This document shows, piece by piece, positions 9,896 through 19,568 of a stretch of DNA of 32,000 bases (within the stretch, counting starts at the first letter, position 1; every line of letters starts with the position of its first letter). The stretch lies in NCBI RefSeq assembly GCF_021378375.1, contig NZ_CP076228.1, positions 1,080,001 to 1,112,000 on the forward strand, given 5' to 3'. The notes below the pieces were generated by a model, which made no database searches, was not told the DNA's origin, and worked only from the letters and a program-made list of their open reading frames with translations. Source of the DNA: Wolbachia endosymbiont of Drosophila innubila. GTDB lineage: Bacteria > Pseudomonadota > Alphaproteobacteria > Rickettsiales > Anaplasmataceae. A program made the position numbers and the translations under genes.

Positions 9896-10627
9896 ATAAA
9901 CGTTGAGAAGAAGTTAAATTTTGTCAATAAATTGAATAATGTCAATAATCGTGTTCTAAAAATAGAAAATCTTGCTCTCGCATATGATGGTAAAAGAATC
10001 CTTGACAATATCAATATGTTCATGGAAAGAGGAGACATAATTACAATACTTGGTCCAAATGGTGGAGGTAAAACCTCTTTAGTGAAAGCAATTGCTGGTA
10101 TAAATAAAAATTATACTGGAAATATTGTGTTAGCTGAGAACACAAAAATTAGCTACATGCCGCAAAATTTTAGTATTAGTAATTTGATGCCAATAACAGT
10201 TGAATATTTTCTTTTAAATAGCTCCTTGAAAAGACTAAAGAAAAATCAATCCATTATTACAGAAACGATAGAGTTGGCTGGTATCGGTAACATTTTGAAA
10301 AATCAAGTGTTAGAAATTTCTGCAGGGCAAACACAATTATTACTGCTTGCACGTTGTTTAATTGCAGAGCCTGACTTGATCATTCTAGATGAACCAGTTA
10401 GTGCAATGGATATTAACGCGCGGGCTAAATTTTATGATATTATAAATAAAATAGCAAAAAAACGATTGGTATCGATTCTTATGACTTCTCATGATCTTAA
10501 CTCTGCTCTACCATCCTCAGATTACATAATTTGTATAAATAATACTATCTATTGCCAAGGCAAGCCTGATGAGATTATGAAAAATAGAACCCTAAATGAA
10601 ATATTTAGCAGTTACGCAGCGAAATGA
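9887..10627 (+). CDS. znuC: Zinc/metal ABC transporter ATP-binding protein
   Basis: ORF with Walker A LGPNGGGKTSL, signature-like SAGQTQLLLLARCL and Walker B LIILDEPVSAMD. The true start is uncertain. Confidence 0.9.
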   Translation: MSHINVEKKLNFVNKLNNVNNRVLKIENLALAYDGKRILDNINMFMERGDIITILGPNGGGKTSLVKAIAGINKNYTGNIVLAENTKISYMPQNFSISNLMPITVEYFLLNSSLKRLKKNQSIITETIELAGIGNILKNQVLEISAGQTQLLLLARCLIAEPDLIILDEPVSAMDINARAKFYDIINKIAKKRLVSILMTSHDLNSALPSSDYIICINNTIYCQGKPDEIMKNRTLNEIFSSYAAK

Positions 10628-12054
10628 TTCAAAATATTTTGCGTCTTCTGCACATAACTACGGTGCTGACGCGTTACAATATATTACCTTATTTACTTCC
10701 ACCATCAAAAAAATCAATAAATAAAATACAAGGCCACAAGCTAAAGTGTGCTCTTGAAAAATTAGGTCCGGTGTTCATTAAGTTTGGGCAGTCTATCTCA
10801 TCACGTACTGATGTTTTAAATGAGGATATAACAAATAACTTGTTATTGATATGTGATAGATTGCCATCATTTTCACATAAAATAGCAGTTAAAACTATAG
10901 AAAGTGAGTTTAATTGTAAATTGAGCGACATTTTTTCAAGCTTTTCTGAAAAGCCAATTGCAGCAGCATCGATTTCTCAGGTGCATAGAGCGGTTACAAC
11001 TGAGGGTAAGGAAGTTGCTGTGAAGGTTTTAAGGCCAAATATTGAGAAAACATTCTCAAGGGATATAAAAATGCTTTCTTGGCTTGCAGAAATTGCAGAA
11101 AAATTTAGCGAACAATCAAAAAGGCTGAGGCCAATTGAATTAGTCAAAACTTTTGCTGAAATTTGCCGATTAGAGTTAGATCTACGTTTTGAAGCTGCTC
11201 ACTCTTCGGAACTAAAGGAAAACACAAAAAATGACAGAGGTTTTTACGTACCTGAAATAGATTGGAATAGAACTTCGAAAAAGGTTTTAACATTAGAATG
11301 GATAGAAGCAACGCCAATATACGAAGTTGAAAAACTGAATAATCGTAAGCAAATAGCTATCAATCTTATAGAATCGTTTTGCAATCAAGTATACAGGGAT
11401 TGTTTTTTTCATGCTGATATGCATCCTGGAAATCTAATGGTTGATAGTAATAACAATATTATTGCCCTGGATTGTGGAATCATGGGTAGAATAGATCGTG
11501 AGACATGCTATTACGTTATAGAGATACTCAAAGGCTTTTTAAATCGGGATTATGATCACGTTGCAAAAATGCACTTTAGGGCTGGTTATGTTTCATCACA
11601 GCATAGAAATTTTGTCACAGCTTGCAGGGCAATAGGTGAACCCATTATTGGGCAGCCTATACAGAAGATTTCATTTGCTAGTTTACTTGCTCAGCTATTA
11701 AAAATAACTGGTGATTTTAATATGAAAGTTCAAACACAATTGTTATTGCTGCAGAAAACTATGATTTTACTGGAAGGGACATGTAGAAAGATCTACTCAG
11801 AAATCAATATGTGGAAAGTAGTTGAAGCGTGGATAAGCAGTCAACATGAAAATAAAATAGGGTATAGGGAAAAAATTAGAAGTTCTTATCCTGTAAAAAC
11901 AATCCAAGGGATATTTAGCCTTATAGAAAAATTAAACCTAATAGCTGATAAAAAATTAGAAAACATCCAAATTAAAAATAAATCAAATGGAAAAGTCTAT
12001 TTTTTATTGTGGTTTGTAATTATAATTCTAATCGTTAAACTTTTAATTTCTTAA
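10624..12054 (+). CDS. ubiB: ABC1/UbiB-family kinase-like protein
   Basis: 476-aa ORF with UbiB patterns LGPVFIKFGQSISSRTDV, AAASISQVHRAV, FFHADMHPGNLMV and ALDCGIMGRID. The start overlaps the znuC stop (ATGA). Confidence 0.92.
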   Translation: MIQNILRLLHITTVLTRYNILPYLLPPSKKSINKIQGHKLKCALEKLGPVFIKFGQSISSRTDVLNEDITNNLLLICDRLPSFSHKIAVKTIESEFNCKLSDIFSSFSEKPIAAASISQVHRAVTTEGKEVAVKVLRPNIEKTFSRDIKMLSWLAEIAEKFSEQSKRLRPIELVKTFAEICRLELDLRFEAAHSSELKENTKNDRGFYVPEIDWNRTSKKVLTLEWIEATPIYEVEKLNNRKQIAINLIESFCNQVYRDCFFHADMHPGNLMVDSNNNIIALDCGIMGRIDRETCYYVIEILKGFLNRDYDHVAKMHFRAGYVSSQHRNFVTACRAIGEPIIGQPIQKISFASLLAQLLKITGDFNMKVQTQLLLLQKTMILLEGTCRKIYSEINMWKVVEAWISSQHENKIGYREKIRSSYPVKTIQGIFSLIEKLNLIADKKLENIQIKNKSNGKVYFLLWFVIIILIVKLLIS

Positions 12055-12470
12055 ACTATGGGAAAAAACTGCGTCAAATCCAATTTTTATTCAACTTAAT
12101 TTTTAATCTGCAGGAGCCGAGTTGAGAATGTCCAATTTTCCACTTTCTTTATGTATCTGTTCAGCAGAGTGGCAAAATAAGGTAGACGAGAAAAGACAAC
12201 TATAGGAACAAATGGGTGTCATGCCAGTGCGTGACACTGGCCTCTTGTTTCAATGTTAAACAAAATACCATAGAATTCAAAAAGACAATTCCTAGAAAAT
12301 TTCTACATCCAAAAAAGGCATAAGTTATGTTAATGCTGTTTGAATGAGATGATATAAAGATAAGCCAAATTTTTACAAAGAAAACATTTCAAGCAGCAAG
12401 ACACCTTTGATTGAAAGAGAGCACCAAATTTATGGGGTGAGTAACTGCGCTATTTCAACTATAGTATTTT

Positions 12471-12806
12471 CTAAAACGAATGATAAACGTCTAAAATGGT
12501 ATTACCAACTAAAAGGTGTAAGTCTGTACATTGATGCATTAGAGGTCTGAGGCAACTTTTGATGGTGTGCCAACAATGCTCTATCGGATTTAGATCAGGT
12601 GAATATGTTGGAAGATAAAGCAAATGACAGCCAAAAAACTCTATTAATGACTTTGTTTTGGGAGTTTTATGGAATGTAGCATTATCCATAACTATGGTTG
12701 TATCACGCTGTAATTGTGGAAGTAATCTTCGCTCTAACCATACATTAAATATATCTTTATTACACCCTCCTGTGAAGGTCATTGGTGCAATAAACTTCTC
12801 ATCCAC
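12471..12806 (-). pseudogene. IS630-like transposase C-terminal fragment
   Basis: VMDNATFHKTPKT...LLYLPTYSPDLNPIEHCWHTIK. The upstream part (YIDEAGVDNRLYREYARAPRG) is in a different frame. Confidence 0.88.
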
Positions 12807-12973
12807 CTATTATACTCACTCTTTCCCGCTTTTTTCCTGGAACATCAGCATATATTTTTTCTCCTCTTGGAGCTCGTGCATATTCTCGGTATAGTCTATT
12901 ATCAACTCCTGCTTCATCTATATATAAAATGCTACAGTGGTCTATTTTTGAGACTTTATCGATAAATTGCTGC

Positions 12974-13321
12974 CTATCTTCTTGATTGCGCTCTTGATAG
13001 AATGTGACTTTTTTTAAAGGTTATTTTCAGCTGTCTTAATCTATACCAAATTGCACTTATCCCAAAGCCAAGGTTTTGTTTCATTTCTGCTAGTGTGTGA
13101 TCTGGGTGTTTTTTGACATATTCTTTGAGTATTTCTGGATCTATTTTTCGAATAAAACCAGTACTTTTTACCGCTTTGAGACCTTGGCCAGTAGCTTTCT
13201 TTTTTAGCCATCTATATAGTGTTGCTATCCCTATCTCAAAAACCTCTGCAACTTCAACCTTTGACTTTCCTTTTTCTACCAAAGACACTGCTTTTTCCCT
13301 TAAATCTACACTATATACCAT
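12974..13321 (-). pseudogene. IS630-like transposase N-terminal HTH fragment
   Basis: MVYSVDLREKAVSLVEKGKSKVEVAEVFEIGIATLYRWLKKK. Confidence 0.88.
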
Positions 13322-13498
13322 CGCTTTCCCTACTTTAAAAAAACATATTATACCTTTATCATTCGCTTTTGAAAATACTATAGTTAGCGGAATGACGGTT
13401 TTTCAAATTGTCGGTAAATCTAAGTCAGTTTAGCTATAATTTCCTAAATTTGCTCACAATCTCTTGACTTGACACATATGTTTTTTTCCCAAATGTTA

Positions 13499-14656
13499 CT
13501 ATCTTCCTCCTTTTCCTTTCTCAATTTGTGCAACCATTTCCTTTACATTTGCATGCGTGAGAAGGGAATTTTTGCTGACATGAGATTTTGGATCAGATTT
13601 TGCTGTTACGTGTTTCGTTGCAGATCTTTTATTCTCTGTTAGAAATGAATGAGATTGTTTTTTCTTCACACCGATATCCGCTTGTGCTGCTGGAGTGGTT
13701 TTGCTTTCAGCAAGCTGTACATTAGCATTTCCTTTTGCTTGATTTTGCTCAAATTTTTCTTTTAATGCCTTTACTTTACTGCCCATCTCGCGATTAGCTC
13801 CTCCTTTCATAGTAGCTGCTGCTACTTTTGGTATCGCCTTACCAGCAGCTTTTTGTGCTGATTTCCTATTGTCTTGATTTTCAGATTTTAGTGGTACTCT
13901 TTCAGCTGATTTTTTAAGAATTACTCCTACTACTTTTGGCTCTGTGCTTACTTTTTGATTAGCACGGCTTAGATTTTTAGGCTTTGGCGGTACTGCAGGT
14001 TTATCTTTGATTACCACTTTCGATTCTTGTCTAACTTCTTGACCAGTAGTAAACATTTTTTTTGGCACTTGCGGTGGTTTTGGTGGTACGAGGGATTGAG
14101 GTTGTTGTTTCTGCTTACGTTCTCTTTTTGCTTCTATATGTTCTTTAGGAACTGTTGCATAAATTGGCTCTTCTTTGGGCGATTTTGAACTCTGCGAATT
14201 TTCTATTAAAATTTTACTCTTCTTCTCTTGATAATTTGATATCTCTTTGTATACAGACTCTTCATTTAATGAACTTCCATAGCCTGAATCTTCTCTCTGC
14301 TCATATAAAGGATTTTCCTTTTGCTTTTTCTCTTGATAATTTGATATGTCTTCATATTCAGACCCCTGATCTAATGAACTTTCATAGCCTGAATCCTCAG
14401 AAGGATTTTCCTTAGCATCAGGCATACTAAAACTATTAGCTCCTTTTAGTAAAGAAGATGTAGACTTTGCCTTGCTTTCTCCATCTGAGGATATTTCTGA
14501 TTTAAAGCGTACCTTCCTCGAATCTGGAGCAGCCGGAGGTGCTGTTGTTGGTCGCTTTATTTGCCTCATGCGATTACCACCTAATTTTTCTTTCGGCTGT
14601 TCTTCTTTTCGCAGCTCAAAAGTACCTTCCTTTTGCTTTCTACCTTCCAAACTCAC
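13499..14656 (-). CDS. Hypothetical low-complexity basic/proline-rich protein with an EPIYA motif; downstream part of a frame-split gene
   Basis: 385-aa ORF with GTG start overlapping the upstream ORF stop. It contains EEPIYATVPKEH, VPPKPPQVPKK, AVPPKPKN and a 35-aa repeat. Confidence 0.75.
   Translation of the reverse strand: MSLEGRKQKEGTFELRKEEQPKEKLGGNRMRQIKRPTTAPPAAPDSRKVRFKSEISSDGESKAKSTSSLLKGANSFSMPDAKENPSEDSGYESSLDQGSEYEDISNYQEKKQKENPLYEQREDSGYGSSLNEESVYKEISNYQEKKSKILIENSQSSKSPKEEPIYATVPKEHIEAKRERKQKQQPQSLVPPKPPQVPKKMFTTGQEVRQESKVVIKDKPAVPPKPKNLSRANQKVSTEPKVVGVILKKSAERVPLKSENQDNRKSAQKAAGKAIPKVAAATMKGGANREMGSKVKALKEKFEQNQAKGNANVQLAESKTTPAAQADIGVKKKQSHSFLTENKRSATKHVTAKSDPKSHVSKNSLLTHANVKEMVAQIEKGKGGR
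14224..14430. repeat. Coding tandem repeat, 105-bp (35-aa) period, about two imperfect copies
   Basis: EDSGYESSLDQGSEYEDISNYQEKKQKENPLYEQR followed by EDSGYGSSLNEESVYKEISNYQEKKSK. The DNA TCTCTTGATAATTTGATAT starts at 14224 and 14329. Confidence 0.85.
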
Positions 14657-14728
14657 TTCGTCGGCTGTTCTTCTTTTCGCAGCTCAAAAGTACCTTCCTT
14701 TTGCTTTCTACCTTCCAAACTCACTTCG
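14593..14728. repeat. 68-bp direct tandem duplication (2 copies) inside a coding region
   Basis: TCGGCTGTTCTTCTTTTCGCAGCTCAAAAGTACCTTCCTTTTGCTTTCTACCTTCCAAACTCACTTCG occurs at 14593-14660 and again at 14661-14728. 68 is not a multiple of 3. Confidence 0.95.
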
Positions 14729-15180
14729 TGTGATCTATCTTTTCCTTGACTCTTTTCACTTTGTTCTAAATTTAAAGAATCTTTTAAAATATTATTTTTT
14801 CTGAAATCTTTTTCTAATTGTTCCAAGAGATCAATTTTTTTTAAAATTCTTGTATACTTAGCTGCTGTTTCTAAAGTGAAACTTGACAACTCATCATTTA
14901 CAAAATTACTTATACTACTGTTCTTGGTTGGAAAATTTTTTCCCAAAATTCTATTCATTAATGTTTTAAAAAGACCTAATGGCTGTTCTACATAATTGTT
15001 CAAGTCAGTATATATAACAAACTCAGCTATACCTTTTGCCTCACCTGTAAAACCTTCTAATGCATGAGATAAATCCCTTAACGTTTTGTTATATTGTTTC
15101 TCTGCATTTCCTAGCTTTACAGCTTTGATCAGAGAATCGAGATTTTTTTTATAGTTCTCACTTTTAAATGGATTATTCAT
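14653..15180 (-). CDS. Hypothetical protein; upstream part of the same frame-split gene
   Basis: 175-aa ORF whose C-terminus HEVSLEGRKQKEGTFELRKEEQP is duplicated at the N-terminus of the next ORF. Confidence 0.75.
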   Translation of the reverse strand: MNNPFKSENYKKNLDSLIKAVKLGNAEKQYNKTLRDLSHALEGFTGEAKGIAEFVIYTDLNNYVEQPLGLFKTLMNRILGKNFPTKNSSISNFVNDELSSFTLETAAKYTRILKKIDLLEQLEKDFRKNNILKDSLNLEQSEKSQGKDRSHEVSLEGRKQKEGTFELRKEEQPTK

Positions 15181-15339
15181 ACTAATTACAGCTCATTATT
15201 TATTAAAATATAGATCTAAAATATTAAGATCTAGTAAATATTACTTTTGTAATTCATGTAGAACTATAGCTATAATAAGTAAGATTTCCCTACGTCATAC
15301 CGCCGCGGTATCTCCAGATCCCCCTAACAACTTACTATT

Positions 15340-15740
15340 ACCCACAAATATAAAGTTCGTGAGCAAGTCGCCATCCTTCTGCTAAATCAAAGAGACGTTT
15401 ATATCCTTTCCAAAGAGTAATTGGTCCTGGTTTTGGGTCATTTTTTCTTGCTAAATGGCCTCCAAGTTCATGAAACAGCTTCTTTTATGTTGGGAACTAC
15501 ACTTGGACATGGTTTTCTGTGTATTTTAACGTATAAAACTTTCCATTCTTCTTCAGCTAATAAGGTAGTACATGGTAATGTTGGGTTAGCTCTTGCAATT
15601 GATGTAATAAAGAAGATCCTCCAAGCAATAATACTCATAACTGTTAGATATCTCATTAGTCTTTCTGCTATTCCAAGCCTACATTCTTCAACTTTGAGAC
15701 CGGATTTAAAATTTTATGTAATATCTCTATTTTCCATCTA
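15340..15740 (-). pseudogene. IS4-like transposase C-terminal fragment
   Basis: Reverse translation with one frameshift: LRWKIEILHKIL / KSGLKVEECRLGIAERLMRYLTVMSIIAWRIFFITS...LPCTTLLAEEEWKVLYVKIHRKP...WLAKLGGHLARKNDPKPGPITLWKGYKRLFDLAEGW. Confidence 0.8.
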
Positions 15741-15742
15741 AG

Positions 15743-17087
15743 GGAATTGTAAGTTAAAAACGTGATATAAAAGAGATAAGAGAAAAGATAACCCTGCTCA
15801 CTAGGAATAGCGGGCGGGCGCGACCGAAAGGAAATTGGTATTACAACCGTTGGTATCAAGGTACGCTAGCCCTATCTCTCGATACGTTTGAATAGTTGCT
15901 TGGGACATATATATGCACCCGTTTACAATCTTAAATTAACTAAAACTATCGAGGTTTATTATGGTTACATCTTATCAAAATTTTATTGGCATTGACATCG
16001 GAAAATTTAAAAATATCGTTGCAATTCACAAACAGAAGAATGCTGTCGAATTTGATAATAATGCTTCTGGTTGGCAACAATTATTTCAAGAGTTTTCAGA
16101 TATTCTACCTAATGCTTTAGTGACTTTAGAAAATACAGGGAAATATGAGCTTGGCTTATCACATTTTCTTACCGACAAAAATATTGCCGTGCATCGAGCT
16201 AATACTCGTAAAGTAAAAAGCTTTATTTTATCTCACGGAACTTTAGCAAAGTCTAGATGCAAGAGCTCTTGCTCAATATGGATTTGAACGCCATAGAACT
16301 ATCTCTATTTTGTACCTACCTCTACAGAACAATCAACTTTGGCTGCACTTTGTCAACGTCGTGATGATATTACGCAAATGAGAACTCAAGAAAAATGCAG
16401 ACTTGAAGCACCGGAAAATGATCATATAAAAGAAAGCTGTCAAAAGACCATTGAGTTTTTCGATAGTCAAATAAACGAACTCAATGATACTATACAAAAG
16501 ATTATTGATGAAAGCCGCGAATTACAACAACGCCAAAAAATTCTTAAAACAGTTCCTGGAAAAGTTATCACAAGATTTTTTGTGTTTAATGCCAGAGCTT
16601 GGTTACTTAAATAGAAAAGAAGTAGCAAGTCTTGCCGGAGTTGCACCGCATCCAAAAGAAAGTGGTAAAGCTGTTGGTTACCGAAGGATTACAGGTGGTA
16701 GAAGTAACGTTCGTTCAAAGCTCTTTACAGCCGCTATGGCTGCTACAAGGTCAAAATCTATACTTGGCGCCTTTTATTCTAAGCTTGTTGAAAGTGGTAA
16801 GAAGAAGATGGTGGCTATAACAGCCCTAATGCGTAAAATTATAGTAATTGCTAATACAAGACTTAAAGAAGCAATTAATTTGCATACTTAAAAATCTTCA
16901 CAACGGTAACTGAAATTGGCTAATGAATATGTGCGTCCACACAGACTTAAAGCACATATTCATTAGCTTAAGCAGAAATTGCTGTGGTAGCTGTTTGATA
17001 TAAAATTCTATTTCTATGACAAACGGGTTTTTATTGCCCATATAATTTGCAAAATTACACAAATAAAAAAATTTTTAAAAAACATAG
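15743..17087 (+). mobile_element. IS110-like element (approximate bounds) inserted in the IS4-like element
   Basis: Transposase fragments at 15961-16287 (FIGIDIGKFKNIVAIHKQ) and 16484-16891 (ASLAGVAPHPKESGKAVGYRRITGGRSNVRSKLF). Removing this interval rejoins the IS4-like reading as ...KISWYQ-LRWKIEILHK. Confidence 0.8.
15961..16891 (+). pseudogene. IS110-like transposase, multiply frameshifted
   Basis: N-terminal DEDD-like part, middle part (EQSTLAALCQRRDDITQMRTQEKCRLE) and C-terminal IS116/IS110 region are in different frames. Confidence 0.85.
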
Positions 17088-17127
17088 TTGATACCAACTA
17101 ATTTTTTCAACAGCTTCATCGAAAGTA

Positions 17128-18070
17128 TTAACTGAAAGATTCGTTAATAGCATCCATTCTAGCGGTTTTTTTTAAGGGAAGGGGAGTTTTCTCAACAACA
17201 TAAACTGCATAAAGTGGTAATTTAGGTAGTTCTTCCGTCTTATGCCTAATATTATTCTTAGATGGATTCATCATAAACTTTCCAAATCTAACTTCCAAAC
17301 GTGCTGTTCTTTTTGGCTTATTATCTTTTACAGGAACTTCAACTTCTACCGTACCTGCACAATGAGAGGATTTAATAAATGCCCATAACTTCTGCTCACC
17401 TTTTTCAGGATATCGAGATTTTCTATTTACTGCTCTATCTCTGCATGCTCTAACTAGCACTGCCGAATTAAGATTATGTGCAAGCTCAAAAAAGTCATAT
17501 ATATCTGCTTCTCTATCGCATACAGTTATAGTCTCAGTTTGAGTTGGATCAATAATATTATTTGTTTTTCTTAAAGTTTCCAACCACTTTACGCTTTCTT
17601 TATCTTCAATGCGATCGCTCTTTTTTAAGGTTCTCAGTTTCTTCAGGTCTTGAATAAACTTTTTGATCTAGTATCCCTAGTACCAAACCTTCTATACTAA
17701 CGGCAAGAGCTGTATGCATTATAATACCTTTTGCAGTATCATAACTGGACAAATTTGCTAATCCGCTTGTTTTTTTATGGTTATTATATACAATGTAACT
17801 GGTATCTTGAATGACAAGAACCCTCTTGTGAGCTTTTGTTCTCTCAACCGTCTTATTAATATGTGTAGCTAAAATATCACTTTCTTTTACATTCTCATTT
17901 TGAAAAAAACGTTATGCTGTTTTTGCTTCTGACCAACTTTCACATGCTTGATTAATCTAACTTTCAGGTAATTTTGTCAAACATATCAGCAATCTTTACT
18001 AATCGCTCAGTTAACCTTTTATCTCCAAATTCATTTTTAGCCCATTCACTACTTTTACTTGCCATTTTAC
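17128..18070 (-). pseudogene. IS4-like transposase N-terminal and central part
   Basis: ORF 17128-17583 (ETITVCDREADIYDFFELAHN...VLVRACRDR) plus upstream frames encoding WAKNEFGDKRLTERL... and VIQDTSYIVYN...GLANLS. Confidence 0.8.
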
Positions 18071-18220
18071 ACCCTCAATATTTGCAAACTTTAATATTGT
18101 AATATTTTACTTTTTAGTCCATTTATATTTGTGGGTAATAGTAAGGAATGACACCGTCTTGATGGAAACCAGTGTCAGCTACTTTCATGACACCATCACA
18201 AGGTGAAACTGGATCCCAGT

Positions 18221-19263
18221 GGGCTTTGTTGCATCGCTCAAGTGAAAAGAACTGGCAGTTACTGACAAAATTCATTATAAATAGCCATTTAACTGTTGAA
18301 GAAAAAATATGCCACAAAAATGAGAGTCAGTAGCCATGAATATAACAAATTTCTCCAAGAAAGAGGAAGCATTTTTGTTATATCAATGACGCCATAGAAA
18401 ATTGGTACGAGAATTGTCCAAAATGCAGGGCGGCAACTATATTTATAGTGATAAAGTTGTGATTTTGGTGCATATAATCGTCAGTTTCTTTAGAATTGGT
18501 TTAAGACAAACAGTCGGGTTTATAAAAGGGTATTTGCAACAAATAGGAAGAGATTTGCAGCTATTCACAAGCATCAAAAGAAACTTAATATTAAGATAAA
18601 TGATTGCAGAAAATAATATGGAAGATATCGAAATTGCTATAGACAGTACAGGAATTAGTATATACAACAACACACAGCAAGGAAAATAGCACTGACAGAA
18701 AATATCGTGGCTATGAGCAAACGAGAAAATTGCACGTAATGTTGAATATAAACAACAAAAAAGCCATAGCTGTAAAATACAGTAACGGCTGATCACTATG
18801 GAGCTTGTGATTTGCTAAAAGAAGTTGATTTCAGCATGCCATAAAAGCACTATATGCAGATAGGGCATATGACAGAGAAAAGCTCTATAAGCTGTGTAAT
18901 CAATATGGTATAAAACGAAAATTCCTCCGAAAAAACAACGCAGCAGAGCATCCAAAGTTAGACTATATGGCTGAGAGAAATTCTGCAGTCAAGCTCATAA
19001 AGTCATATGATGAAGATGGTATAAAGAAGTGGAAAAAAGAGATGAGTTATGGAAAAAGATCTTATATAGAAAGTTTTTTCTCGCGACTGAAACAAACATT
19101 CGGGTTTAGTTTTAGGAATAAATCTGAGACAAATAGAGAGAAGGAACTACTTGTTAAATGCTATTTGCTCAATAAGTTCACTGATATTGGTATGGCTAAA
19201 TTTGAGATAGTTACATGAATTTACCATAAATCACCATCTCATAAAGCGTGATGCAACAAAGCC
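18221..19263 (+). mobile_element. IS5-like element (1043-bp type), copy B, degenerate but without nested insertion
   Basis: Termini GGCTTTGTTGCATCGC and GCGTGATGCAACAAAGCC. Close copy of 6877-8835 minus its insert. Transposase pieces at 18402-18599 and 18967-19218. Confidence 0.88.
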
Positions 19264-19319
19264 ATCCCAGTGTCAGCTACTTGGATGACAAGAAAGGGAG
19301 CACTGGAATGACAGGAGAT

Positions 19320-19568
19320 GATGGAGTGACAGGGAGTAATACAAAAAGTTTCGTCATCCCCATTGAATCGGCTTTAAAATCGATGTTCAAAGTTGAAATT
19401 TCCCTAGAAGATGCGGGGAAAATCAGAAAAGGTCAGGAAGTTGTATTAAATAACTTGCGTAATTTAAAGAATCATGATATTTGTTGTACGGTGGTGGGTA
19501 GTGTACCTATTGCAATCTGCAGTTTTATTTATGGTTGTGTGAAACCTATTCGTGTTTTTAATATTTAA
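19320..19568 (+). pseudogene. truB: 3' remnant of tRNA pseudouridine synthase B
   Basis: SFVIPIESALKSMFKVEISLEDAGKIRKGQEVVLNN...VGSVPIAICSFIYGCVKPIRVFNI matches the TruB C-terminal region pattern and lies directly upstream of rpsO-pnp. The catalytic part is absent. Confidence 0.72.

Larger units (their letters stand above)
12462..13380 (-). mobile_element. IS630-like element, frame-disrupted
   Basis: Inverted ends TAGTATTTTCTAAAACGAATGATAAA and TTTATCATTCGCTTTTGAAAATACTA are flanked by TA dinucleotides. Transposase fragments at 12974-13321 (HTH) and 12471-12806 (DDE, MDNATFHK...YLPTYSPDLNPIEHCW). Confidence 0.9.
15331..18146 (-). mobile_element. IS4-like element interrupted by an IS110-like element
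   Basis: Inverted ends CTTACTATTACCCACAAATATAAA (15331-) and TTTATATTTGTGGGTAATAGTAAG (-18146). Transposase pieces at 17128-18070 and 15340-15740. Confidence 0.85.

Noticed and set aside
13043-13612. Considered programmed frameshifting for the two-frame IS630-like transposases
   Set aside because: No clear slippery run was seen at the frame junctions. The 12462-13380 element has more than one disruption, so decay is the simpler view, although the 22732-23674 element remains uncertain.
14155-15180. Plus-strand ORFs 14155-14415, 14472-14804 and 14539-14733 with repeated leucine-rich words
   Set aside because: They are reverse-strand readings of the repeat-containing minus-strand coding region, and the repeats explain the periodicity.
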